Shown here: positions 38,334 to 47,526 of the stretch, one piece after another | Layout of the letters: each line of letters begins with the position of its first letter | Numbering within the stretch: position 1 is the stretch's first letter | DNA from: Candidatus Pacearchaeota archaeon CG10_big_fil_rev_8_21_14_0_10_34_76 | GTDB taxonomy: Archaea; Nanobdellota; Nanobdellia; Pacearchaeales; GW2011-AR1 | Reading direction: 5' to 3' | NCBI GenBank assembly: GCA_002763075.1 | Contig: PFDB01000016.1 | Coordinates: 1-62,497 of the forward strand | DNA: 62,497 bases | The notes under the pieces: generated by a model | Seen by the model: only the letters and a program-made list of their open reading frames with translations | What the model was told of the DNA's origin: nothing | Database searches by the model: none | Position numbers and translations under genes: made by a program

Positions 38334-39505
38334 ATTCCATCCATTTTGAGATAGGAAGCTCCATGAAGTCTTAAGACCATCTCTTTCACTTTCCTAAAAT
38401 CTTTATTCTCTTCTTCAAGAGCCCTAATCCTATCCGAGAGTATCTCTCTCTCTTTCTCGGATTTGAGCAGCATCCTTTCTATCTCCGTTTTGGTCAAATC
38501 AATTAACATATCTTCTTCTGAAATCGTGTCTTTCATGCCTAGGAGCTCTGAGTAATAATGAATTTTATCACTCTTTTTCCAACCGAAGCGGTATTTCAGG
38601 GCAGATTCGGATTTATATCTAGGAAGCCAATAACAGCATGAAATATGCCTGAAATCATACATTGTCAGATTAGAATACTTTTCCCCTGCAAGTGAGACTT
38701 TCTCGCCGAAAGTTTTTTTTGCAAGCCTTTTTAGATACTCATTTGTTCTTCCTGGCGTAATAGGAAAAACGTAATCTTCAGGGCTTAGTTTCTTGCCAAG
38801 TATGTATTCTTTTATTAAATCAGAACAAATCATTAATTTGATTCTCCTTCCAAAAGTTTTGCTTATCTCATCTCTTATATTCAACTCCTTAAAGTCATTA
38901 TAAAAATCTGACACCTTAATGTTTATGAGTTCACCAGGAGATCTGATTCCTGTATCAAAAAGAAACATCATTAGAATCTTATAATTTGGCTTGGCGTTAT
39001 CACATAAAGTCTTTACTTCTCTTTCAGTAAGATAGACCCATGCTGGTTTTTCAGCCCTTGTATCCAAATCAACAGTAATGTCTGGAATTTCTACGCCTTT
39101 TTTCTTACTAATTTTCTGGTGCCAGTGCCAAAAAGCTTTGAAAATTTTTCCAGAGGTAGCAATTGATTGATAATCCCTTCCATCTTGTCTTTTAATAATC
39201 CCATTCTTCATATCAGCAAAAAAGCTAATTAACTGCTCTTCATTTATATCTGTTATTTTATTAACACCATACAATTCTTCAAACCGCTTCGAGAAAGAAA
39301 TCATTTTTTCACGCAAGGAATTAAGCCGAGTATAGCTTCTTGTGCCCTTAACACTCGCAACAGCTACATTAAGGCCTCTTTCCATATCATTTAGGTAATT
39401 CATGACTATCTCTGAATTTTGGGCAGAGATGCCTGGAATTCCCTGACTAACGCTTTTCTTCCATGCAAGGTAGCGTTCTTTATGTTTATAGGGGTCTATT
39501 TTCAT
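38330..39505 (-). CDS. int: tyrosine recombinase / integrase
   Basis: DTGIRSPGEL (Arg I), MYDFRHISCCYW (H-x-x-R box II equivalent), DKIHYYSE (Tyr region). Its stop overlaps the pAgo stop within TTAA at 38330-38333. Confidence 0.85.
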   Translation of the reverse strand: MKIDPYKHKERYLAWKKSVSQGIPGISAQNSEIVMNYLNDMERGLNVAVASVKGTRSYTRLNSLREKMISFSKRFEELYGVNKITDINEEQLISFFADMKNGIIKRQDGRDYQSIATSGKIFKAFWHWHQKISKKKGVEIPDITVDLDTRAEKPAWVYLTEREVKTLCDNAKPNYKILMMFLFDTGIRSPGELINIKVSDFYNDFKELNIRDEISKTFGRRIKLMICSDLIKEYILGKKLSPEDYVFPITPGRTNEYLKRLAKKTFGEKVSLAGEKYSNLTMYDFRHISCCYWLPRYKSESALKYRFGWKKSDKIHYYSELLGMKDTISEEDMLIDLTKTEIERMLLKSEKEREILSDRIRALEEENKDFRKVKEMVLRLHGASYLKMDGI

Positions 39506-39590
39506 ATTTTATACACGTTGTTTTTATTTTTAACCAACTTGTATAAAACTTGTATAGAAACACGCTCTCGAAAATCGCATAATAGGGTTA

Positions 39591-39731
39591 CGCCCCAACC
39601 GGGGATCGAACCCGGATCTTCGCCGTTCTGCGACACATGGTGTCTCTCCATTTTCAGGAGGTTGACCTTGAAGGAACCTAGGTTCCTTAAGTCGCGACAG
39701 GGCGATGTACTAACCACTATACTATTGAGGC
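39591..39731 (-). tRNA. tRNA-Asp (GUC) with a 69-nt intron in the anticodon loop
   Basis: Manual fold. Acceptor GCCUCAA/UUGGGGC; D arm GUAU-AGUGGUUA-GUAC; anticodon stem UCGCC/GGCGA with loop CUGUCGC; T arm CCGGG-UUCGAUC-CCCGG. Discriminator G; CCA not encoded. Insert lies at 37/38. Confidence 0.85.
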
Positions 39732-39755
39732 ATGTAATTCAATTCGATTTTTCCC

Positions 39756-39763
39756 TTTTTAAT
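39756..39763 (-). promoter_or_regulatory. TATA-like box (ATTAAAAA on minus strand) for tRNA-Asp
   Basis: It spans -32 to -25 relative to tRNA nucleotide 1 and is preceded by purine-rich AAAG (BRE-like). Confidence 0.4.
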
Positions 39764-39879
39764 CTTTTCTCTATGGAACCTATTTCCTCCTTCTCATAAA
39801 CTAATAAACATAACCACAATGGGTGAGAAAATTGAAAGGAGGTTTTGTACTTCTAAGAAAGCATTAAATAGATGTTATC

Positions 39880-40299
39880 ATGATTAGAGACATGGAAGTT
39901 AGAAATGAAAGAGGACGAACAAAAGAAGAGTGGAACAAAAGATACATTGGTTCTCTTAGGAGAGGTTGGATGATAGGTGGAATAGGTGCATTAACATTTG
40001 TAGGCGCTACAACATATGATCTTTGTTTTAAACCAGGTAGCCCATCAATATCATTTCAGAGCTCCAATGAAACAAATAGTGTGGAATCTACTAGAGGATC
40101 TGAAAGTGACCTAGAAACTCCAAATTATAATGGAATCCAGTTAGAAATGAGTCCTGGGGATGTAGTAAAATATGGTGTTGGTGGAATGGAAATCTTTCTT
40201 GGGTCAATCGGACTGGCCTTGGTTTCCCATCAAATCACAAAGCGAAGAATTGGTTCAGATATATGGGATTATTCAGGAAGAGCACAAAATCATTCTTAA
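39880..40299 (+). CDS. hypothetical two-TM protein
   Basis: Two hydrophobic segments, GWMIGGIGALTFVGATTY and GGMEIFLGSIGLALV. Confidence 0.4.
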   Translation: MIRDMEVRNERGRTKEEWNKRYIGSLRRGWMIGGIGALTFVGATTYDLCFKPGSPSISFQSSNETNSVESTRGSESDLETPNYNGIQLEMSPGDVVKYGVGGMEIFLGSIGLALVSHQITKRRIGSDIWDYSGRAQNHS

Positions 40300-40364
40300 C
40301 TTGTCTGCATTTTCTTAAAATCATAAAAAACATGGGTGACCACAAACTCTAAAATTGTAGACAC

Positions 40365-41303
40365 CTACTTTAACATTTTACTAAATTCCTTGTACTCCTT
40401 AAGCATAAGTTCCATGGTGGGTCTTAGGTCCTTTCTTTTCTGATATGCTTGTAAAGACTCATAATATTCCCTAACATTTTTCAACTGAATATTAATTGGA
40501 GGCAAACTATGTTTTATTAAAATATTGTTCATTAGCAATCTTCCTACCCTCCCATTCCCGTCAGCAAACGGATGAATTATCTCAAACTGATTATGAACAA
40601 CAGCTGCTAAAATTAAAGCGGAATACCTATTCCTATGTTTGTCATACCACTCAATTAACTCTTTCAGCAGAGATCTAACTCTTGAAGCTGGAGCTCCCTC
40701 ATGAACAATCTCACCACTTTTTGTTTTAATAACAACTTCCTCTCCCTCTTCCCTAAATCGTCCTGCAAAATTCTTAGAGTTTTTAAAAACAATTTCGTGC
40801 ATTTTTCTAATCAAATCAATGGAAATATGTTCCTTTGTTTTTCTGATATATTTTATAGCTTCATCAACCCCATAAGCTTCAGCAATATCTGATTTTGATT
40901 TTTTCTCTGGCCATTTATCCTCTTCCAGAATTTCTTTAACTTCGCCTCTAGTAAGTTCGCTTCCCTCTATTGCGTTTGTATTATATGTAAAAAGCTCAGA
41001 AAATTTTTCCCAATTTTTTTCAGACAAATGAGTTATTTTAAAATCTATTTTAGCCTCAATTTTCTTAACAAATCCTATTTCTCTTTTACTAAGTTCTTTA
41101 TCTAATGGATTTTGGATTATCTTGTGCTGATTAATCTCATCAAAAATCAATTTTTTAGCAATTTCATTTCTTTCATCAAGAAGCCCTGGAGACAAATTAG
41201 ATCCCAAAAACTTCCTTATTTTATGAACTTTTCCACCTTCTCTAAAAGAGTGAGCTAAATAGTATTTTGTCTTGCTTCCTACCTTTCTTTTTTCTAAGTG
41301 CAT
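40365..41303 (-). CDS. Fic-domain protein (class II, with intramolecular inhibitory helix)
   Basis: Canonical HPFADGNGRVGR Fic motif. Upstream TNAIEG matches the (S/T)xxxE(G/N) auto-inhibitory motif. Confidence 0.9.
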   Translation of the reverse strand: MHLEKRKVGSKTKYYLAHSFREGGKVHKIRKFLGSNLSPGLLDERNEIAKKLIFDEINQHKIIQNPLDKELSKREIGFVKKIEAKIDFKITHLSEKNWEKFSELFTYNTNAIEGSELTRGEVKEILEEDKWPEKKSKSDIAEAYGVDEAIKYIRKTKEHISIDLIRKMHEIVFKNSKNFAGRFREEGEEVVIKTKSGEIVHEGAPASRVRSLLKELIEWYDKHRNRYSALILAAVVHNQFEIIHPFADGNGRVGRLLMNNILIKHSLPPINIQLKNVREYYESLQAYQKRKDLRPTMELMLKEYKEFSKMLK

Positions 41304-41361
41304 ATACTATTATAATGGGTGACTACATATTTAAACTTTTCTAAATAATTGTCTACATTCC

Positions 41362-41376
41362 CTATACTATTGAGGC
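41362..41376 (-). repeat. 15-nt duplicate of the 5' end of tRNA-Asp (identical to 39717-39731)
   Basis: CTATACTATTGAGGC on the plus strand at both positions, which is tRNA nt 1-15 on the minus strand. Flanking bases differ. Confidence 0.75.
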
Positions 41377-41466
41377 TACAAACCTCCAGCGGGTTTCTAG
41401 GAGTTCCAGCAACCCACAAAAGGATAACTTATTACAGAAATCTGGTTTTTTAAGCACTACATCTAT

Positions 41467-41946
41467 CTAACTTCGTCTGACTAAAGCATACTTATAATAA
41501 TCTTTTTTTGGCTCCCAGTCCATGTCGCTTTTCTCTTCCTTAAATCCCCACGACTCGAAAATTGGAATCAAATCTTCTCTGCCTTCTGGAATTAATTCCC
41601 ATAATTCCCTAAATCTTGTGTGTCTTACACCTATTTCTGTAATAAGAATGTCAAGAGCAGGCTTGCCACTTCCTTTTATTGTCGTTCCATGATGTCTAAG
41701 TCCAAATTTACATTCATTCTCATTAATAACATAATATCCTGTTATTCCAATAATCTCTCCATCATTTAAAATATAGAAATAACTTCCAGATTCTTTTTTA
41801 GAGGTTCCCCACCTCTCAATAGAATGTTTTACATTAGCCAAGCTTTCTTGACGAGTCCATATTTTGCCTACTAATGAAAAAATCTCATCTCTCTCTTCTT
41901 CATAATTTTCTAAATCAATTTCTCTTAATTCCATATTTAAGTTCAA
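41467..41946 (-). CDS. GNAT-family N-acetyltransferase
   Basis: Beta-strand/helix layout with IKGSGKPALDIL (the Q/RxxGxG/A acetyl-CoA motif position). Confidence 0.65.
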   Translation of the reverse strand: MNLNMELREIDLENYEEERDEIFSLVGKIWTRQESLANVKHSIERWGTSKKESGSYFYILNDGEIIGITGYYVINENECKFGLRHHGTTIKGSGKPALDILITEIGVRHTRFRELWELIPEGREDLIPIFESWGFKEEKSDMDWEPKKDYYKYALVRRS

Positions 41947-42028
41947 TCTTTAATTATTAATAAACCCTAATGTCATCCCAAAAAGACAACAGAGAAAGGT
42001 TTATATATTTCCTATCCTCTAACAATCT

Positions 42029-42415
42029 ATGAATAAAAAACTATTATTCAGCCTATTAATTGCGTCAGCACTATTAGTGATAATTCCATCTGTATCAGCA
42101 TACTCATATATCGGCTCTGGTTACTATGATTCTTATGAATATACAAAAACAGTAAGAGAAGATCCTTGGGGAAAAACTGTAAACATACAGAAAAACACCC
42201 CATACAGCACAATGAATTATTATCGCTCAGAAGATTATTATCCAGGATACAGATATATAGGTTATAGCCCATATTATGGATACAGCTATTCAAGACCAAG
42301 TTATTCAAGCTCAATTTACTCTCGCCCATACAATGTAAACCATGGCTATTACAGAGATAATTACTTTGATTACAGAAATAATGATTATTACGGTTATTAC
42401 AGATACGGATTCTAA
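42029..42415 (+). CDS. secreted tyrosine-rich low-complexity protein
   Basis: Signal peptide MNKKLLFSLLIASALLVIIPSVSA. By my count the mature 104 aa contain 30 Tyr (YYGYSYSRPSY..., NDYYGYYRYGF). Confidence 0.6.
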   Translation: MNKKLLFSLLIASALLVIIPSVSAYSYIGSGYYDSYEYTKTVREDPWGKTVNIQKNTPYSTMNYYRSEDYYPGYRYIGYSPYYGYSYSRPSYSSSIYSRPYNVNHGYYRDNYFDYRNNDYYGYYRYGF

Positions 42416-42474
42416 TAATATACTCCTCTGAACCATAAATATATTTAAAGAAAAAGATAACTCCCTTATTTTGG

Positions 42475-43905
42475 ATGACAACAATAAAAGATGGACTTAC
42501 TTTTTCAGATGTCTTACTAGTTCCTAAAAAAACAAATCTCGAATCCCGTTCCCAAGCAAATCTTAAAACAAGATTCACAAGAAATATTTTCTTAAATAAC
42601 CCCTTAGTAAGTTCAAATATGGCTACTGTCACAGAACATAGGATGGCAATAGCTTTGGCAAGAGAGGGAGGACTAGGAATAATTCATCAATTCAACACAA
42701 TAGATGAACAAGTCAAGGAAGTAGAAAAAGTAAAAAAGAGCACTGCAACTATAATTGGTTCTCCTCTCTCGGTTCAACCAAACTTAACAATAAGAGAGGC
42801 TATCAATCTAATGAAAAAAGAAGGAGTCACAAGTCTACTAGTGACTAACGAAAGAGAACTTGAAGGAATATTTACCCACAGGGATTACTTATTTGAAGAG
42901 AACAAGGAAAGAGAAATTTCAGAAGTGATGACTCCTAAGGAAAAATTAATTTCTGCAAGATATGGAATAACAATGCAAGATGCAAAAGCAATACTTCATA
43001 AAAATAGAATAGAAAAGCTGCCATTGTTAGATGAAAATGGAAAAATCAAAGGATTAATAACAACTCAGGACATAAAAAAATTAGAATACTGGCCAGATGC
43101 CTCAAGAGACAATCTGGGACGTTTAAAGGTCGCAGCAGCCGTAGGCGTAAAAGACACGCTAGAAAGAGCAAGAAAATTAGTGATGGCAGGAGCAGATGTA
43201 TTAGTCCTAGACGTTGCACATGCACACTCTGATTTGGTAATTAGAAAGTTAAGAGAATTAAAACAAAATTTCAAAATTGATGTTATGGTTGGAAACATTG
43301 CAACAAAAGAGGCTGCAAAAGACTTAATTGAAGCTGGAGCAGATGGACTAAAAATAGGAATAGGCCCAAGCCCTGTTTGCACAACAAGAATAATCTCTGG
43401 AGCAGGAATACCTCAATTAACTGCAATTATGGACGTTTATGAAGTAGCAAAGGAATATGATATTCCAATATCTGCTGATGGCGGATGCCAACACCCCGGA
43501 GATGTTACAAAGGCGCTTGCAGCTGGGGGAGAAACAGTAATTTCAGGATCTTTCTTTGCGGGAGCAGATGAATCTCCTGGAAGAATAATAATGAGAGAAG
43601 GAAAACGTTACAAAAAATATATTGGAAGTGCATCTTATGACAGCAACCACGAAAGGAAAGAAAAAACTGAGGGAAAAATACTGAAAGAAAAAATAGATGT
43701 CTTTGTAGAAGGAGTCTCAATATTAGTAGATTACACTGGCCCTGTTCAGGAAGTCATCCGTTCAATAACTAAAGGCATTCAGAGTGGAATGAGTTATTGT
43801 GGAGCTAACAATTTAAAAGAAATGCATGCAAATTCAGAATTCATAAAAATAACATCTAATGGCTGGAAGGAAGGCCTATCTCGTGGAGAAAAAATTTCAG
43901 AATAA
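42475..43905 (+). CDS. guaB: IMP dehydrogenase with CBS pair
   Basis: LTFSDVLLVP, an inserted CBS pair, GIGPSPVCTTR catalytic Cys loop, and a GGCQHPGD-type region. Confidence 0.92.
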   Translation: MTTIKDGLTFSDVLLVPKKTNLESRSQANLKTRFTRNIFLNNPLVSSNMATVTEHRMAIALAREGGLGIIHQFNTIDEQVKEVEKVKKSTATIIGSPLSVQPNLTIREAINLMKKEGVTSLLVTNERELEGIFTHRDYLFEENKEREISEVMTPKEKLISARYGITMQDAKAILHKNRIEKLPLLDENGKIKGLITTQDIKKLEYWPDASRDNLGRLKVAAAVGVKDTLERARKLVMAGADVLVLDVAHAHSDLVIRKLRELKQNFKIDVMVGNIATKEAAKDLIEAGADGLKIGIGPSPVCTTRIISGAGIPQLTAIMDVYEVAKEYDIPISADGGCQHPGDVTKALAAGGETVISGSFFAGADESPGRIIMREGKRYKKYIGSASYDSNHERKEKTEGKILKEKIDVFVEGVSILVDYTGPVQEVIRSITKGIQSGMSYCGANNLKEMHANSEFIKITSNGWKEGLSRGEKISE

Positions 43906-43936
43906 AAACTTATAAACCCTAATTCCATCTAAAAAC

Positions 43937-44494
43937 ATGAAAATTGCTCTGATAATAGCATTAGTTGTTGTATTAGGGGTGGTTTTGTTTGTAGCAAACG
44001 GTTCAATAACTGGAAATGTTATAAACTCACAAGAAAAGATGACAAAAGTAAAATTTCAAACTAGCGAAGGTGATATAATTTTAGAGCTTAACCCTGAAAT
44101 GCCTATAACTTCAGGGAACTTTGAAAAGCTTGTCTCTGAAGGATTCTACGATGGAGTAATATTCCACAGGGTGATTGAAGGATTCATGATTCAAGGTGGA
44201 GATCCAACAGGCACAGGAATGGGCGGACCAGGATATAACATAAAAGACGAATTCCTTCCAAATAATAAAAACGATAGAGGAACAATCTCAATGGCGAATG
44301 CAGGTCCTAACACTGGAGGAAGCCAATTCTTCATAAATCTTGTAGATAATAACTTCTTAGACACAAGACATCCTGCATTCGGAAAGGTAATAGAGGGCAT
44401 GGATATTGTAGATAAAATAGGAAAAACGGCAACAGATTCTTCAGACAAGCCATTAAATGAAATAAAAATCATAAAAGCTGAAATGATTAACTAA
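43937..44494 (+). CDS. ppiB: cyclophilin-type peptidyl-prolyl isomerase with N-terminal membrane anchor
   Basis: FHRVIEGFMIQGGDP and MANAGPNTGGSQFFI motifs, with an N-terminal hydrophobic helix. Confidence 0.9.
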   Translation: MKIALIIALVVVLGVVLFVANGSITGNVINSQEKMTKVKFQTSEGDIILELNPEMPITSGNFEKLVSEGFYDGVIFHRVIEGFMIQGGDPTGTGMGGPGYNIKDEFLPNNKNDRGTISMANAGPNTGGSQFFINLVDNNFLDTRHPAFGKVIEGMDIVDKIGKTATDSSDKPLNEIKIIKAEMIN

Positions 44495-44517
44495 TCAGGG
44501 TTAAAAAAAACTACTAC

Positions 44518-45075
44518 CTACCACCCGTAATCTCGTCTAACCTCATCATCAATTTCAATAATCGAATCTCTTTTGAACTCTTTATTTAATATTTTTGAAT
44601 CATAATCTTTCTTTCTACTTTGATGGTGTGCAAATCCTAGGACACCAAATCCAGCACAGACTATTGTCCAAGTCCCAAAAACATTGGTTATCCTTTTATG
44701 ATGTCCAAGGCGATTTTGATAATCATTTACTTCTTCATTTTCTGAATTTTCATATACAAATTTTCTCATTTGCTCCCTAGAACTAGAAAGCTCCCCAACA
44801 TTATCTCCCAAACTCTCTAAGTGAGATAAATTATCTCTAGCTACATAATAGATTTCAACAAAAGATGATTTTTCTGGAGGAGTCATCAAAACAGCCGAAG
44901 CAGATAGACCTAAAGCAAGAGTCGTAGGAGCAACAACCCTATAAATCAATGAACGAAGTTTTGCCCTCTTCAAATCAGCTATTTCATGATTAATATTAGA
45001 AACTTGTTCTTCTGGATAATCTGCATCAAAAGGCATATAACGGGACAACTTAAAATTTCTATCAATACTAGTCAT
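44518..45075 (-). CDS. hypothetical two-TM protein
   Basis: ORF with two hydrophobic segments; no motif. Confidence 0.4.
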   Translation of the reverse strand: MTSIDRNFKLSRYMPFDADYPEEQVSNINHEIADLKRAKLRSLIYRVVAPTTLALGLSASAVLMTPPEKSSFVEIYYVARDNLSHLESLGDNVGELSSSREQMRKFVYENSENEEVNDYQNRLGHHKRITNVFGTWTIVCAGFGVLGFAHHQSRKKDYDSKILNKEFKRDSIIEIDDEVRRDYGW

Positions 45076-45112
45076 AAAATCCCTACATTTAATCCTTATT
45101 TAACCATTTCGC

Positions 45113-47146
45113 TTGTCACAAAACAATTTTTTACAAAATACTTTTAAACCCTTATTACAAGATAGCAGAATGAAAGAGGGAGGATACAAAAGAGTTCTGG
45201 AAACTCTCGAACTTTTAAATAAAGAAAATCCAAGAAAAGAGATTATTAGGCCTTACGAATACGTCGAAAAAGAAAGAGCAGTTGGAGATATCTTCGATAA
45301 ATCTTACTGGAGTTTGCATTCAGAAGGAAGAGAACTCCTTCCATTAAAGTTCTCAAATGGAAAAACACAAGAAGACGTTGTAAAAGAAGTTGTAGAATCA
45401 ATAAAATCTGGAACTAAAGTCATAATAATAAGGGGTGTATGTGGAACAGGAAAATCTGCTATCGCATTGAACATAGGGAGATGTTTAGGTAGAGCTTCCA
45501 TAGTCGTTCCTGTAAAAGCTCTTCAAACACAATATGAAAAAGATTATGCTGAAAAAAAGTATCTCATTAAACAAAATGGTGAAAGACTAAAGATAACTGT
45601 TATTACAGGAAGAGATAACCACGAATCCAGACTTATTCCTGGAGTATCCTGCTCAGACCCATCTCTCCCTGAGAACATAAAAATAATAGAAAAAAATTAC
45701 AATCAAATCTCAGATTATTACAAAAAAAACCCATTAATATCTAATACTGCAGCTCCTGAGTTAAAGAATGTTAAAAGAATCTCTATAGCCCCATCAAACC
45801 CTTACTGGAGCCCTATAATGCTTGCAACTAAGGAGATTTACCTTCCAGATGCAAAAAAGAAAAAATACTCCGGCCTCTCAGGAAAAGACTTTATATTTTA
45901 TCACCGAAGGCAGGGTTGTTCTTATTACGACCAATATCAGTCATATATAGATTCAGACATAATAATATTCAATTCTGCAAAATATAAGATTGAGACAGAC
46001 ATAGAAAGAAAGCCCAGCACAGATGTTGAGATAATAGATGAGGCAGACGAATTTCTTGATAGTTTCTCAACACAACAAACAATTAACCTCACAAGATTAG
46101 CAAACTCTCTAAATACTGTGATTCCAGATGATCGCTCCACAGACGATGCAATAAAAGAAATAATAAAAATAATAAAAATGGAAGAACTCAACAAGAGAGC
46201 AATTGGAATAGAACAAGACAAGATATACAAATTAGCCGAAACTCCAATAAATAAAATAATAGAGGAAGTTCTTGAAAACCCAGACATAGAAAACGAAATA
46301 ATATATGATGAATCTAATTATGCTCTCAGACTTTTAGAATTAGTAAAAAATTTCTCAGAATTCATCCCAGAGACATTCATTACTTACAAAAGATATGAAG
46401 ATGAATTATACGTCAGCTTAGTCACAACAAACCTTTCTAAGAAATTCAAAGAGATAGTTGATAAAAATAAGGCTGTTGTCCTGATGTCTGGAACATTTCA
46501 TTCTGACGCAATCCTCAAAAATGTATTCGGAATAACAGATTTTAAGGTAGTAGAAGCAGAAACTAAATTCCCAGGAACAATAGAGATAGCACTCACTGGA
46601 AAAGAGTTCGATTGCAAGTATTCAAATTTCTACTCCAAAGCCCATACAAGAGAAGAATACCTCCAATCTCTCTCCACCTGTCTGGAAAAAGCAAAAAAAC
46701 CAACATTAATCCATGTAAACGCCTTCGAAGATCTGCCAAATGAAAAAGAACTCTCTAATCTGCAATTAATAAATCTCCCGTCAAAAGAAAGACTTATAGA
46801 AACGCAACGTAACGATAGAAATGGAAACTCTATTGAAATATTCAAGTCAGGTCTTTCAAATACCTTATTCACAACTAAATGCGCCCGTGGAGTTGATTTC
46901 CCCGGAGAGACTTGCAATTCAGTAATATTTACAAAATTCCCTAATCCAAATCCAAACGATATCTTCTGGAAAGTTCTTAAGCAAACACATCCAGAATACT
47001 TTTGGGAATTCTATAAGGACAAAGCAAGCAGAGAATTCCTTCAGAAAATATATAGAGCGCTAAGATTCGATGACGATAATGTGATAGTCTTATCTCCAGA
47101 CTCAAGAGTAATAAGCGCGGTAAGAGACATCCAAAAGACTACATAA
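45113..47146 (+). CDS. XPD/DinG-like SF2 helicase-related ATPase
   Basis: IIIRGVCGTGKSAIA (Walker A), IIDEADEFLD (DEAD-like motif II), and C-terminal ARGVDFPGETCNSVIFTKFPNP (helicase_C_2-like). The start is uncertain: TTG 45113 or ATG 45170. Confidence 0.65.
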   Translation: MSQNNFLQNTFKPLLQDSRMKEGGYKRVLETLELLNKENPRKEIIRPYEYVEKERAVGDIFDKSYWSLHSEGRELLPLKFSNGKTQEDVVKEVVESIKSGTKVIIIRGVCGTGKSAIALNIGRCLGRASIVVPVKALQTQYEKDYAEKKYLIKQNGERLKITVITGRDNHESRLIPGVSCSDPSLPENIKIIEKNYNQISDYYKKNPLISNTAAPELKNVKRISIAPSNPYWSPIMLATKEIYLPDAKKKKYSGLSGKDFIFYHRRQGCSYYDQYQSYIDSDIIIFNSAKYKIETDIERKPSTDVEIIDEADEFLDSFSTQQTINLTRLANSLNTVIPDDRSTDDAIKEIIKIIKMEELNKRAIGIEQDKIYKLAETPINKIIEEVLENPDIENEIIYDESNYALRLLELVKNFSEFIPETFITYKRYEDELYVSLVTTNLSKKFKEIVDKNKAVVLMSGTFHSDAILKNVFGITDFKVVEAETKFPGTIEIALTGKEFDCKYSNFYSKAHTREEYLQSLSTCLEKAKKPTLIHVNAFEDLPNEKELSNLQLINLPSKERLIETQRNDRNGNSIEIFKSGLSNTLFTTKCARGVDFPGETCNSVIFTKFPNPNPNDIFWKVLKQTHPEYFWEFYKDKASREFLQKIYRALRFDDDNVIVLSPDSRVISAVRDIQKTT

Positions 47147-47219
47147 AAACGAGCCATTTATCCTAGTAAAAATAGAAAACATTTAAATACAAATCCTCCC
47201 TTAATCCTATATAAAAAAG

Positions 47220-47525
47220 ATGGTAAGAAAAAAAATAAAAGTTAATTCAAAAAACATGAGAAGAGCTGTATCTTCTGTCATGCCAAGAATAAAATTGAGC
47301 AAATATGCTTTTGCAAATTCACTTGGGCTTGTCAGCGGATTGATAATCTTAATATATGCAATTATGTCTTGGCTTAGCGACTTTGACACCTTAGCAATAG
47401 CTTCTCTGTTTCCCCTGCCATTTTCATTTAACAGCATTACATTAATAATTGGAGTTATTCAGGCATACGTTCTTGCTTACATCTTTGGATGGATATTTGT
47501 TAAAATCTATAACAAAACAATTTAA
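47220..47525 (+). CDS. small membrane protein
   Basis: Basic N-terminus followed by hydrophobic helices. Confidence 0.4.
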   Translation: MVRKKIKVNSKNMRRAVSSVMPRIKLSKYAFANSLGLVSGLIILIYAIMSWLSDFDTLAIASLFPLPFSFNSITLIIGVIQAYVLAYIFGWIFVKIYNKTI

Positions 47526-47526
47526 A

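Noticed and set aside
41377-41466. Moderately GC-rich spacer after the orphan tRNA fragment as a further tRNA remnant or ncRNA
   Set aside because: It shows no similarity to the tRNA-Asp upstream or downstream sequence, no convincing helices, and no TATA box at the expected distance.
42048-42632. 194-aa minus-strand ORF
   Set aside because: It is antisense to the Tyr-rich secreted protein. TAT/TAC codons read as ATA/GTA on the other strand, so no stops arise. It also runs into the guaB start. It is Cys/Asn-rich nonsense.
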